Part shown: positions 1 through 13,800 of the stretch, piece by piece
How positions within the stretch are numbered: the stretch's first letter is position 1
Layout of the letters: the number at the start of each line of letters is the position of its first letter
Origin: Octopus vulgaris
Lineage: Eukaryota
Reading direction: 5' to 3'
Assembly (NCBI GenBank): GCA_951406725.2
Contig: OX597837.1
Span: 25,110,001 to 25,174,000, forward strand
Length of the DNA: 64,000 nucleotides
Program-made: the position numbers and the translations under genes
The notes under the pieces: generated by a model
The model's database searches: none
What the model saw: only the letters and a program-made list of their open reading frames with translations
What the model was told of the DNA's origin: nothing

Positions 1-51
1 CTCTCTCTAAAATATTCTTAGTAAATCAGTAATGCTCTACTTTCTAAGAAT

Positions 52-921
52 TCTTATTTCTTTATTGCCCACAAGGGGCTACACACAGAGGGGACAAACA
101 AGGACAGACAAAGGGATTAAGTCGATTAGATCGACCCCAGTGCGTAACTGGTGCTTAATTTATCGACCCCGAAAGGATGAAAGGCAAAGTCGACCTCGGC
201 GGAATTTGAACTCAGAACGTAACGGCAGACGAAACACAGCTACGCATTTCGCCCGGCGTGCTAACGTTTATTTCATTATTGCCCACAAGGGGCTACACAC
301 AGAGGGGACAAACAAGGACAGACAAAGGGATTAAGTCGATTAGATCGACCCCAGTGCGTAACTGGTACTTAATTTATCGATCCCGAAAGGATGAAAGGCA
401 AAGTCGACCTCGGCGGAATTTGAACTCAGAACGTAACGGCAGACGAAACACAGCTACGCATTTCGCCCGGCGTGCTAACGTTTATTTCATTATTGCCCAC
501 AAGGGGCTACACACAGAGGGGACAAACAAGGACAGACAAAGGGATTAAGTCGATTAGATCGACCCCAGTGCGTAACTGGTGCTTAATTTATCGATCCCGA
601 AAGGATGAAAGGCAAAGTCGACCTCGGCGGAATTTGAACTCAGAACGTAACGGCAGACGAAACACAGCTACGCATTTCGCCCGGCGTGCTAACGTTTATT
701 TCATTATTGCCCACAAGGGGCTACACACAGAGGGGACAAACAAGGACAGACAAAGGGATTAAGTCGATTAGATCGACCCCAGTGCGTAACTGGTACTTAA
801 TTTATTGACCCCGAAAGGATGAAAGGCAAAGTCGACCTCGGCGGAATTTGAACTCAGAACGTAACGGCAGACGAAACACGGCTACGCATTTCGCCCGGCG
901 TGCTAACGTTCCTGCCAGCTC
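52..921 (-). repeat. Head-to-tail tetramer (214-bp period) of tRNA-derived SINE family B (Meta-domain-like)
   Basis: Units repeat at 63/277/491/705; B box GAGTTCAAATTCC; core GGTCGACTTTGCCTTTCATCCTTTCGGGGTCGATAAA resembles the MetaSINE central domain. Confidence 0.9.
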
Positions 922-987
922 TAACAATTCTGCCAATACACAGTGATGATGATGATGACGATAATAACAACAACAACAAGCTCTTAC

Positions 988-1098
988 TTCATTATTTTGT
1001 AAATCAACTTTGCCAATCTCTTTCAAAAACAACGAAGTAGCCAATCGCAGAATTTCATCTGGTTCCAAATCAAATAGTTTTTCCAATGTGTTCACAAT
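988..1098 (-). CDS. FIRRM: FIRRM coding exon 20 (IVNTLEKLFDLEPDEILRLATSLFLKEIGKVDLQNNE)
   Basis: tcgacag / GTAAGA, phase 0-0. Confidence 0.83.
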
Positions 1099-1751
1099 CT
1101 GTCGAAAGAATAAACAAGAGTCAGTGACAACATTTAATCTCATTAACCCTTTAGTGTTCAGATTATTCTATCAAACATAATGCTTATTGATTCACATTGA
1201 TTTGAATTAATCATGCATTATCTCATATCTTCAAGATCTTGATGGTGTAATTACTTAATGTAGAATAACATTGTAGGGTAGGTGTGAGAGCATGGATCTG
1301 GTCAGTTTGAGCATAAAACAGATTAAATATTTTGGCCGGATATGGCTGGTTTAAATACTAAAGGGTTAAAGGCCAAGTCAAACAATCAAACAAGCAATAT
1401 TGATTTCAAATTTTGGCACAAGGCCAACAATTTTCAGAGAAGGGAATAAGTCAATTACATCAACCCCCCCGCATTCGACCTGTACTTATTTTACTGACCC
1501 CACCCTGAAAGAATGTAAGACAAAGTCGACCCCAGTGCAATATGAACTCAGAACATGTTAAGCATTTTGCCCAGCATGTAGGCGCAGGAGTGGCTGTGTG
1601 GTAAGTAGCTTGCTTACCAACCACATGGTTCCGGGTTCAGTCCCACTGCGTGGCACCTTGGGCAAGTGTCTTCTACTACAGCCTCGGGCCGACCAAAGCC
1701 TTGTGAGTGGATTTGGTAGACAGAAACTGAAAGAAGCCTGTCGTATATATG

Positions 1752-1787
<36 letters not shown>

Positions 1788-4700
1788 CGTGTCTATGTTT
1801 GTCCTCCCAACATCGCTTGACAACCGAAGCTGGTGTGTTTACGTCCCCGTAACTTAGCAGTTCGGCAAAAGAGAACGATAGAATAAGTACTAGGCTTACA
1901 AAAGAATAAGTCCTGGGGTCGATTTGCTCGACTAAAAGCGGTGCTCCAGCATGGGCACAGTCAAATGACTGAAACAAGTAAAAGAGTAAAGAGAGAGTAC
2001 TGTACATAAAAGAACAATAACATTTTGTGAGATATAAGAGGTACATACGGAAGATATGTGTGCTGGCTTCATGACTGGGAGTAACTGGGCTGATGTAACA
2101 AGAAGACTGCTGAGTATGAGAGAATGATAACACTTGCTGCTAGCTGAGCTGCTCAACTTTGGCTCAGATGACCACAGCATTGCCAGACGTTGTAAAACCA
2201 AATAGTGAAGGGTGCATCCTGATTGGGATAATGTCACCAAATATCGACTTAAACTGTGGAGGCACTTGAGGACATCAAGCTGTAAATGGAAGAAAGAATA
2301 CCAGTTAAGTGGTTATCATGAAAAGGACAGTGAATAAGTGCTATGGGTTCAAATCCAGCAATAGGCATTTTAAAAAACTGCATAATCATTTCTGAGCATC
2401 ATCATCGTTTAACGTCCGTTTTCCGTGCTAGCACGGGTTGGACGGTTCATCCGGGGTCTGCACCAGGCTCCAGACTGATCTGGCAATGTTTCTACAGCTG
2501 GATGCCCTTCCTAACGCCAACCACTCCGTGAGTGTATGGGTGCTTTTTACGTGCCACCGGCACAGGTACCAGGGGAGTCTGGCATCGGCCACGATCGGTT
2601 GGTGCTTTTAACGTGCCACTGGCACGGAAGCCAGTCAAGGCGGCATTGGCATCGACCACGTTCGGATGGTGCTTTTTATGTGCCACCAGCACATAAGAAA
2701 TAATTATCTTTCAAATGAATAATTCAGTCGATTTTGAAAAGCAAGATGGGCAAATATATACAAGGTATATATAAAATTTAAAGGACTGACCACTAAAAGT
2801 GGACAGTCAATATGCTAGATATAGACGTCAAGATCGCTATTTTCCACGAAGAATTTGTTCTCAAGAAAAAACTCAGCAAAAAACCAAAGTGTAAAAAATA
2901 AGCAAGAAAATATACGAAATAAAAAAATGATTACCTATGTACTACTATGTACATACATCTCGACGGCATCAATGCGCACCGGCCCCCCACACTGATATGA
3001 GGCCCCGCTTGCTAGATGAGCTGATTATGCAGTTAAACTCAATATCCTTCTAGCCATTGCTCATTGTCTCTTTTTAACCAAATTCAGTGGCTAGCCTTCT
3101 CCACTGTAGATTGGATATCAGTCATGGTGGTATTGACTTTACGATGAGTTAGGCCTAGCGATAACAACAGTCGTCTCACGCTGTGTCCAACGAACCCTCT
3201 ACATCCGACTTCGATAGGAAAATGTTCCGCTTTCCAGCCTGTGTCTTCACATTCCTCGAGGAGGTTTACATAACGGTTCAATTTTCAAGCCTGAGCAGCG
3301 TCCATATTATCTTCATGAGGAACCGTTAACTCGACTATATTTACAACTTTCTTTCTTTCACACCACATCAAAATATCTGGTTTTTTCGTAACTTGTTATA
3401 GTGGACTGAATGTGTTGTCACCCAGTTTGACAACCACCTTGCTCTTGGGTACTGTGATACTGTTGTTTTTCAATGATAAGTCAAGCAGCCAATTTTACAT
3501 GTGTGATCAGTTTTATTTACATCTCAGGGCTATCAATAGATGAGTGTGCGTGTACACACGATTAAAAGTACATAATCCAGTGTTATGTGCAGTTACAGGT
3601 GCACTGTTGCAAGCATTTGGATCACCTCTCCAGTCTGATGTTTCACCTTCCTTTCCAAGATTATCAGATACTCTACACCGTCCCTCCTCCAACTCAGCTT
3701 TTGTTAAAGAAATAATCTCCTCCGATTAAATGTTGTTGAGAAAGAAGTATAACTAAGTGACTGGGCAGAGCGTATTACTGGTATTTTGTAGATGCTGGAG
3801 ATCTTAATTAAACAAATGAAAGTAAATTCTCAGGAGACATTTAACCCTTTAATGTTTAAACCGGCCATACCAGGCCAAAATTGTCTTCCTGTTTTATTCT
3901 CAAACCAGCCAGCTCTGACCTCTCACACCTACCCTACAAAGTCATTCTAAAAATAAACAGGGACATCATCAAAATCTCAGAGTCACAAGATGCTGTACAA
4001 TTAATTTAAAACAATGTAATTAAACAGGCTTTACATTTGACAGAACAATCTGAATGCTAAAGGGTTAATTCACTTATAAACCATTTCTGTAAACATGTTC
4101 TGTTTAATAGACAAAAAATAAAACAAAATACCATTAAACACACTTACACAAGACTTCATATCTTTGTCAGAGAATGTTTCTAAGGAACACAAGCTGTGGA
4201 TGATTTTTGCACTGGTCTGCACCAATTCACTTTTAAGGGGAGATGATATTGTTTCTTGAAGTGTGTCTAATTGTGCAAGACTCCAGAGAGAAAGATTGTT
4301 TGCTGGTGGGTATAACTTGAGAATTTCTTCCTAAAATACAATTGTTAGCTATAAAAACAGTTTTGAATATCAAACATAATATATATATATATATATCTTC
4401 TATTATACAAAATCCGTTGTTTGTGTGTGTGTGTCTTCTAGGATCTCGGGCATCCTCCATCCAATTGTGCTCAAATTTGATATGTAGATACCGACGGTAT
4501 CAGGGCCTGTAAAAGTCTTGAAAAAATTACAAAAATCGATTCCAGGTGAGAATGCGATCCATAAAGCCGTGGGAATGTGCATTTGTACATGCAAATACAT
4601 CAGCTGTTGCGATTGATACTACGTGTATGCGAGAAAAATGCATGTACAGTTTGCGCAAAAAAAGCTTGCTGGCTTGAAATAATGCCACAAAATGCAGTAT

Positions 4701-4942
4701 ATTTAAGAGACCAAAAAAGTAAGATGCAAAAGAGATATTTTCTTCAAACTTGGCATGAAGGAAGGAAAGACTATTTGGTTTCTCAAGAAGTATTTTTTTG
4801 CCTTAACTTCATTTAACAAAACCAAAAATTTTATTGAAATAAAGGCATGTTTAATTATTTTTTTAAAGAAAAGAAAACACTGATTGCTTTTTATTCAGCA
4901 GATATGATTCAGCACTGTCCATTGGACGGAGGGCGTTTTGCT

Positions 4943-4996
<54 letters not shown>

Positions 4997-7900
4997 CATA
5001 TATGTGTGTGTGTGTATATATATAAACCAATGGAAATATAATTAAATCCTAACATATGGAACTACATTCAGAAAAAAAAAATAATGTAGCAAGAGAAACT
5101 CAATAAAGTTGACAACTTTTCTAAAGAGTATCTTTATAAGAGGATCACAATCCTAAGACAACATATTTCACAAGAACATCAATAGTTATGGCTAGAAAAC
5201 TGACCACTCGTAGAACGAATTTTAACCCACACCAACTTTCTGTTTAGTTCATATTTTCTGACATATGGAATTAAAGTTTACCGAGTTACATAGCATCTGC
5301 TGGTCAATTGTCCAAACACTAGTAGTCTCATGCATACACATTCAAAGTCTTTAAACACAATTGGTCACTCACTATGTGTGATAGAACCTGGTTTGAGAAC
5401 ATCTAAGACTTGTTGCCTATTTGTGGCTTCTACAAGTCTTACATCTTTTCAATGTTTCTTGTAGTGCTATAGTGGTTAACGTATTCAGCTCACGACCATA
5501 AGGTCATGAGTTCAATTCCTGACAGTGTGCTGTGTCCTTAACCCTTCCGCATTTAAACCGGCCATATCCGGCCAAAAATATTCTACCTGTTTTATGTTCA
5601 AACTGGCCAGATCTGGTCTCTCACACCAACCCTACAATATAGTTTTAAAAATTAATAGCTACCTCATCAAAATCTCATAGCTACAAGATAGTGCCTGATT
5701 AATTCAAAACAATGTGGATAAAAAAGGATTAATTTTGGCGGAATAATGCGAACACTAAAGGGTTAAGCAAGACACTTTATTTCACATTGCTGCAGTCCAC
5801 TCGAAGGGACCTACTTACAACATTACAGCTTTCCTAGTGGTGTGAGGAGATAAATATATGAAGGTGGCGAGTTGGCAGAAACGTCAGCGTGCCAGGCGAA
5901 ATGCTTAGCGGTATTTCGTCTGTCGTTACGTTCTGAGTTCAAATACCGAATGAGGTTGACTTTGCTTTTCATCCTTTCTGGGTCGATAAATAAAGTACCA
6001 GTTTCGCACTGGGGTCGATGTAATCAACTTAATCCCTTTGTCTGTCCTTGTTTGTCCCCTCTATGTTTAGCCCCGTGTGGGTAATAAAGAAATAAATATA
6101 TGAAGGGTGGAATAATGGTATGAGGAGATGAGAGTGAAAAAAGATTAGGCAAGATGTTAGAAATCATTTTCCCTCACCTGGTCTTTAATTAACTGAAACT
6201 TGAAGAGTCTGTGGAAGAGCTGTAGGACATGTTCATAAAACTGAGACTGAGACCAGTCCAGAGCTAGCCACACAGCTGCCAGGACCTTCACATGGTGATG
6301 ACACAAAGCAGCACTGCCATAACTATTAAGTAGAAACAATGGAGAAAATAGGTAGGCTGTAAAGTAATATGTATCAGGTGAACAGATGCAAAAGCAATGG
6401 GAATGTCTTTGAAGTAAACAAATGAGTGAATCGATTAACAGTTTAAAAAATAATTTATTCACTTGACTTGATTTGTCACTGGTACACACAATTCTTCACT
6501 ACGTGCAAAATGTTGACAACAGGCGCAGGAGTGGCTGTGTGGTAAGTAGCTTGCTTACCAACCACATGGTTCCAGGTTCAGTCCCACTGCGTGGCATCTT
6601 GGGTAAGTGTCTTCTGCTATAGCCCCGGGTCGACCAATGCCTTGTGAGTGGATTTGGTAGACGGAAACTGAAAGAAGCCTGTCGTATATATGTAACCACA
6701 CAGCCATGACCACGCCTAGCAAAGCATTGTGTCCTTGAGCAAGACACTTTATTTCATGTTGCTCCAGTCCACTCAGCTGGCAAAAATAAGTAGTATTTGT
6801 AATTCACGTTCTGTGTTATGCTGAATCTCCCTGAGAACTATATTAAGCTCAGTCACTTGCATGTTAATTTCATGAGCAGGCTGTTCCATTGATTGAATCA
6901 ACTGGAACTCTCATCCTCTAACCAACAAAGTGTTAGTTGATGAGGTGTCAGACACATACAGATGTTGTGCTTGTGAAGATCTGTTGAACCGAGTGAAATC
7001 GTAGTTGTGGCCAATGCCAGTGCCGCCTGACTGGCATGTAAAAAGCACCATTTGAGTGTGGCTGATGCCAGTACTGCCTGACTGGCTCCCGTGTCAGTGA
7101 TACGTACAAAGCACTCACTACCCGCTTAGAGTGGCTGGCATTAGGAAGGCCATCTAGTTGTAGAAACCTTGCCAAATCAGATTGGAGCCTGGTGCAGCCT
7201 CCTGGATTACCAGTTCTCAGTCAAACTATCCGACACATGCTAGCATGGAAAGCAGACGATAAACGACAATGATGATGATGAATAATTACATCTGCCTCAG
7301 TATCAATATTTTTTAGAGAAGTTACCTGTGAGAGTTACCTGGTCAAAGGACTTCCTTCCCAAACCCCAGGTCTATGGAATTTTCTGATTCACACTAATCA
7401 CATTCTACAAGTGAATGATTGTTGAATGTCAACAGCAAATTTTAAAAAAACAGACACAATGTAGTCCTAGATATTCGACAGGGTGGACATGGTTGGAATG
7501 CATTTGATTACAGGTCTCTATTTCATTAAGATTTTGACACTAGATTTAATACATTTTTGTTATTTATTATAACAAATCAATGAAGAACAACAATATAAAT
7601 CTCAATATTCACCGTCCAATGAAACACCAAACATCACAGGCCATCATTTTACAGTAAGGGTTACTGTGGAGTAAGTTGGTCAAGAGGACAGACTCCTGGA
7701 ACAGACAACAGATTTATTGTAAGTGAGCATGTATATATTTTGTATTATACATATATATATCCCTTACATTTCCATGTGTAGTTTCTATTTTCTTTTTGTA
7801 ACATTTCCATTACACACACACACATATAATAATAATATTAGGGAGTATAACTCCAAACTTACAGGGAAAAATTCAATTTAGAATTAAATCAAATTTCACA

Positions 7901-8099
7901 ATATAAATATATAAAATATAAATTAGAGATAAAACTATTATTATGCAATTCAAACAATGATAGACATAAACCAAATCATAAATAAATCATTTTTTAAACT
8001 TTTTTGTGATCTACTTATATGTTTTAAAATACATTTTATTTTTTATTTATGATTTGGTTTATGTCTATCATTGTTTGAATTGCATAATAGTGGTTTTTC

Positions 8100-8165
<66 letters not shown>

Positions 8166-8354
8166 GTATTGGAAGGTTTTGAGATGATGTACAGGTATTT
8201 TATATTAGAAGAAATGAGGTACTCAGAAATTCGGATGGTTTTATATTTACAGATATTTATTTGTATATTACCTGTTTTTATACATCATATAACTTAGATC
8301 ATATATTACCGCTTTCTCCCATTCTAGTGAGCTTTTCAAATATATATATGTATA

Positions 8355-8391
<37 letters not shown>

Positions 8392-8640
8392 TAGTATATA
8401 TATATACTAATATTTTTTATGATTAAAAAACTTATAACTGATCATTGTGGAAAGCAGCATTGCCGTGAGGACTTATTTGCCCCAATATTAGATTATTTTC
8501 TTTAGCCAGTACACAGTGATCGCTTATGAGTTTTAAGCTTATAAAATATCAATATTTACAGAATGGTAATACTTGGCACAGCTTATCAAATCATCACAGA
8601 AAACACACATTCTGGTTTGTTTATATATATATATATAAAT

Positions 8641-8698
<58 letters not shown>

Positions 8699-10781
8699 TG
8701 GGGGAGAGAGCAAGATGAATCCAGAGAAACAAACATATATCAAAAATATTTTTAGATGAATCAGAAAATTTCCATTAAAATATTTGCATTGATTAACCAA
8801 GGTGGACATATCAACTGCCCATCTCTTGAAACAATTACGTCTATTCATTTCCATGTGTTGAGCAATTGAGAGTTAGAGAAATGTTCTATATAAGTTACTG
8901 ATCGTCAAATCATCCATTTATCTCACTCATTTTTAACATATTGATATGGGTTGAATAGGTCTGTAATGTTGTGCCTCTTTGTCAATCCCCAAAATTTACA
9001 TCATTACACCTCTGACATCCAGCATTCTAAATTAATTTCTTCTTAAGTCTGCTTGGTTTATAGGGCTTTATGGGTTGTAGAATTATTTTGTTCAATAAAA
9101 AAAATTGACTTTAACCTGTTGTGCAGGTAAAATCCAATTTAGTGTAATTTATTCCAGCGAAAAACTTGAAACAAATGAAGCTGGTATGCTTTGCTGGATG
9201 GGTAATGTCAGTGTGCATATATGACAGAATGTAAGTGATTTGAGAGAAAAACTGGGTATATGTAGCATCAGATATAGTGTGCAAGAGAGAAGACTGTGTT
9301 GGTATGGTCACATAAAGTGTATGAAGGGCAATTGCATCAAAAGATGCCATTCTCTAATTGTAGAGGGAACATGGGGAAGGGGTAGACCCAAGAAGACATC
9401 GGATGAAGTGGTGGGAAAGGATCTACAAACATTGAGACTCATGGGGGGGATGAAAGGGGACTGAGGCTCCTGGCGGTGTGCCATGCTTGTATAGACATGT
9501 CAAGGTAAGTAAAAGTGTGGTTGCTCTTGGACCCAGGCTTGTCCCTTGCAACCCTATCCAGCTGAGCATCCCTTATCTTGTGGGCTCATAAGTGCTGGTG
9601 CCATGTAAAAAACACCTGTACTGGCGCTGTGTAAAAGCATCCAGTACATTCTGTAAAGAGGTTGGCATTAGGAAGGGCATCCAGATGTAGAAACCATGTC
9701 AAAACAGACACGGAGCCCGAACAGCCCTTCAACTAGTCGGCTTGTCAAACCATCCAACCCATGCCAGCATGGGAAATAAACATATCTCTCTTTTACTTGT
9801 TTCAGTCATTTGACTGCAGCCATGCTGGAGCACCGCCTTTTAGTCGAGCAAATCGACCCCGGGACTTATTCTTTGTAAGCCCAGTACTTATTCTATCGGT
9901 CTCTTTTGCCGAACCGCTAAGTAACGGGGACATAAACACACCAGCATCGGTTGTCAAGCAATGCTAGGGGGACAAACACAGACACACAAACATATACATA
10001 CATATATATACATATATACGACAAGCTTCTTTCAGTTTCCCTCTACCAAATCCACTCACAAGGCTTTGGTCGGCCCGAGGCTATAGCAGAAGACACTTGC
10101 CCAAGATGCCACGCAGTGGGACTGAACCCGGAACCATGTGGTCGGTAAGCAAGCTACTTACCACACAGCCACTCCTGCGCCTATATGATGATGATTCTTT
10201 AGTAAGAAAGATGAAGTAATGCTAGGGAAACAAATCTGTGATAGCAGACTATTCAGAAGAATAAACACATTTTTCTCTGATCTGACACTGAATTAACAAA
10301 CTTCAGCTTAACCTGGGAAAAGGTTTAAGTTAACAGAATAAATAAAATGGGAAATTAGGGATACTCACAACAACAGCAAAATGCTGAGCTGGCCAACTGC
10401 CCACAAAGCCACAAATGTTGGTGCAGAGATATTCATAGAGACTGGTGTTTCTTGAATTAAAATATACAACAAAATATCACCATCATTTGACATCAAACGA
10501 TACAAAAAGTAAAACTTCATTCACTAAAAACTACAACTACATGCATTCACCGAGATGGTTTTTCTCTTCCTACTTCAACGAAAAAAAAAATAAAAAAAAA
10601 AAACAGGAGTGGCTGTGTGGTAAGTAGCTTGCTAACCAACCACATAGTTCCGGGTTCAGTCCCACTGTGTGGCATCTTGGGCAAGTGTCTTCTGCTATAG
10701 CCCCGGGCCGACCAATGCCTTGTGAGTGGATTTGGTAGACGGAAACTGAAAGAAGCCTGTCGTATATATGTATATATATAA

Positions 10782-10812
<31 letters not shown>

Positions 10813-13800
10813 TGTGTCTGTGGTTGTCCCCCTAGCATTGCTTGACAACCGATGCTGGTGTGTTTACGTCCCCGTCACTTAGCGGTTCGGCAAAATGGAC
10901 CAATAGAATAAGTACTGGGCTTATGATGAATAAGTCCCGGGGTCGATTTGCTCGACTAAAGGCGGTGCTCCAGCATGGCTGCAGTCAAATGACTGAAACA
11001 AGTAAAAGAGTTAAAAGAGTTAGGAGGGGACTTCGGCCCCTCTGAAGTGACCAATTTCTTTATTGTTTATAAAGTAGCCACAAACGATCCTTCATATAAC
11101 AAGTGACAGACATTTCACAATCACATACGTTGTGAGTTCAAATTCCGCCGAGGTCAACTTTGCCTTTCATCCTTTCGGGGCTGATAAATTAAGTACCAGT
11201 TACACACTGGGGTTGATGTAATCAACTTAATACCTATGTCTGTCATTGTTTGTCCCCTCTATGTTTAGCCCCTTGTGGGCAATAAAGAAATAGGTGTTTC
11301 AAAGATATAAAAGTGAAAGTCAAAAGAATTTTCCTCTTGGCTCATTCGCTCAACAACAGACAAGTAGCCGACCTTCCTACAAACACTGAGCAAGCAGCAA
11401 CACAGAAGAAAACCAACTAGTTTTCACCTGTCTCAGATTATGCAACACATTCAGTTGAATGAGAAATCTTTTGCTTATGGCTAATTCCTTTACTTTTACT
11501 TCTGTATCACGAACCACTTGCCTATGAGTGCAAGTCAAACCAAATATTAACTTCACTTTCTACAATGCTGAACTCCTCTTGTTTAGCTTGTCTTAATACC
11601 AAATATATACTGGTCAAACAAAACATAAAACTGACCTATTTCTGTCCACCCTGCCAACTTTAACACTTTATCTATAACATGAATTATCCAATTTATTTCC
11701 TAAGACAAAACAAAAAAAATGTACTTTCTCACAATACCTAATTTTTGTATGAATACTCTCTAATGGAACTTGTCATTTTTGCTTTTATATTTTCAACATT
11801 TTCTTCCAACATCATCATCATCGTTTAACGTCTGCTTTCCATGCTAGCATAGGTTGGACAATTTGACAATTTGGCGAACCAGATGGCTGCACCAGACTCC
11901 AATCTGATCTGGCAGAGTTTCTACAGCTGGATGCCCTTCCTAATGCCAACCACTCCGAGAGTGTAGTGAGTGCTTTTACATGCCACCAGCACGAGGGCCA
12001 GTCAGGCGGTACTGGCAATGGCCATGCTCAGTTGGTGCTTTTTATGTGCCACCTGTACAGGAGCCAGTCCAGCGGCACTGGCAGCGACCTCGCTCGAATG
12101 TTTCTTCACGTGCCATCAGCACAAATGCCAGTAAGGTGACGCAGGTAACGATCATGCTTGAATGGTGTTTTTACATGCCACCGGCACGGAGGCCAGCTTG
12201 TTGCTCTGGCAACGATCACGCTCATATGGTACACTTAGCACTCCACTAGCACGGATGCCAGTCATCGAATTTAATTTCGATTTCAATTTCACTTGCCTCA
12301 ACTGGTCTTTCATTTATATGAGCTTTGTCTTTATTAATGAAGATCTGCTACATTTTTTAAAATCCTATCATCCAAAGATGCACTCACAAATCATGTGGTG
12401 TCTGACTACCAACTGGTTTGTTGTATCAGCAAGACGAGAGAAGCTCTATTTCATGGAACAAAAGTGACATATCATTCCTTATTGTTATTCTTGCCAATTT
12501 CTACACTGACTTAATTCTCTTCTCCTTCACATCACATCATATCTCTCTGTTATGTGTAGTTCCATTCTTGATGGATGATAGACAACTCTAACAAAGCCAT
12601 TGTTATTGTTTTACGTGTTTATTTACTTTACATGCTACACGGACTGTCAACATTCGGCGTAGTAATACATATATACTTTAGACACAGTTCGTACTGTTTA
12701 CTGACAAAATAGTGCGAAAAGTGGGGATGCATTCTACACACGTATACCTACGTATACACATAGATATGAATGTGTAACACTCTCTCTTCTTAGAGACACT
12801 TTCTCCATTATTTTCAACTAGCAGTGCACCCATCTGAAATCCCTCTCAACCACCAATATACAATAATCCACCTGTTTCCCTGATATCTTAAAAAGCTTTA
12901 AAAGCTATGGCACGGCCCCTTTTCACTTCCCTCAGACAAAAGAAATAAAATAAAAATCAAACCAACTCATGCTTTACGATGCTTAAAACATTCAAATTAC
13001 AAAGAAACTAAATAAACAAAAAAAAAACCCACAATATTTCATATTTTATAAAAGACTAAACTGACCTTTGAGGAGATCCAACAGCTGCAGTTATAGGAAT
13101 TCTGATATCAGAGGCCATTTCAACTGAACCTTCACATAACAGAAATAATACAAATAAATATACAAAATATATTGAAAGAACAAATTATCTTTTTGTTTCT
13201 TATTCTTAGATGGTGGATATAATCTGTGGCGCAGTTTAACATCACTGGGTGGCTGTAGATGATATTAAACCTGGCTCTAGGTGATGCTAAACATGACTCA
13301 AAAGTGTCTTTAGAGAAATCCACTGAGTCAACTTTCAATTATGATTATTATTATCATTATTATTATTCTGCTGAGGTTGACTTTGCTTTTCATCCTTTCC
13401 AGGTTGATAAAATAAGTACCAGTTACATACTGGGGTTGATGTAATTGACTTACAACTGTCCCCAAAATTTCAGGCTTTGTGCTCATATTAGAAAGGATTA
13501 TTATTATTATGAAGGCAACGAGCTGGCAGAATTGTTATGGCACTGGGCAGAGTGCTTAGTGGCATTTCATCCAGCTTTACATTCTGAGTTCCAATTCCAC
13601 CAAGGTCAACTTTGCCTTTCATCCTTTCAGGGTCGATGAAGTAAGTACTTACTCACTTCCCCAAAACTGCTGGCCTTATGCCAAAATTTGAAATCATCAC
13701 CATCATCATTATTAATATTATTATTATTATTCTATGTTTGACTTTTGCTTTATATTTGTACAAGTTGGCTCCAAATCTCACCCAGAGACCTCAAGAGACA

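Noticed and set aside
32-762. Three near-identical 96-100 aa ORFs
   Set aside because: They are antisense translations of the tandem SINE unit.
5282-5348. Possible exon between FIRRM exons 17 and 18
   Set aside because: Phase mismatch or upstream stop; exons 17 and 18 join in frame and fit the family alignment.
8526-8854. YI/HT/CV-rich short ORFs here and throughout the window
   Set aside because: They are translations of (TA)n and (CA)n microsatellites.
11965-12255. Palindromic repeat plus spacer pattern resembling a CRISPR array (also 33400-33625, 35825-36056)
   Set aside because: The spacers are homologous to each other, the context is eukaryotic, there are no cas genes, and the arrays sit inside a retroelement tail.
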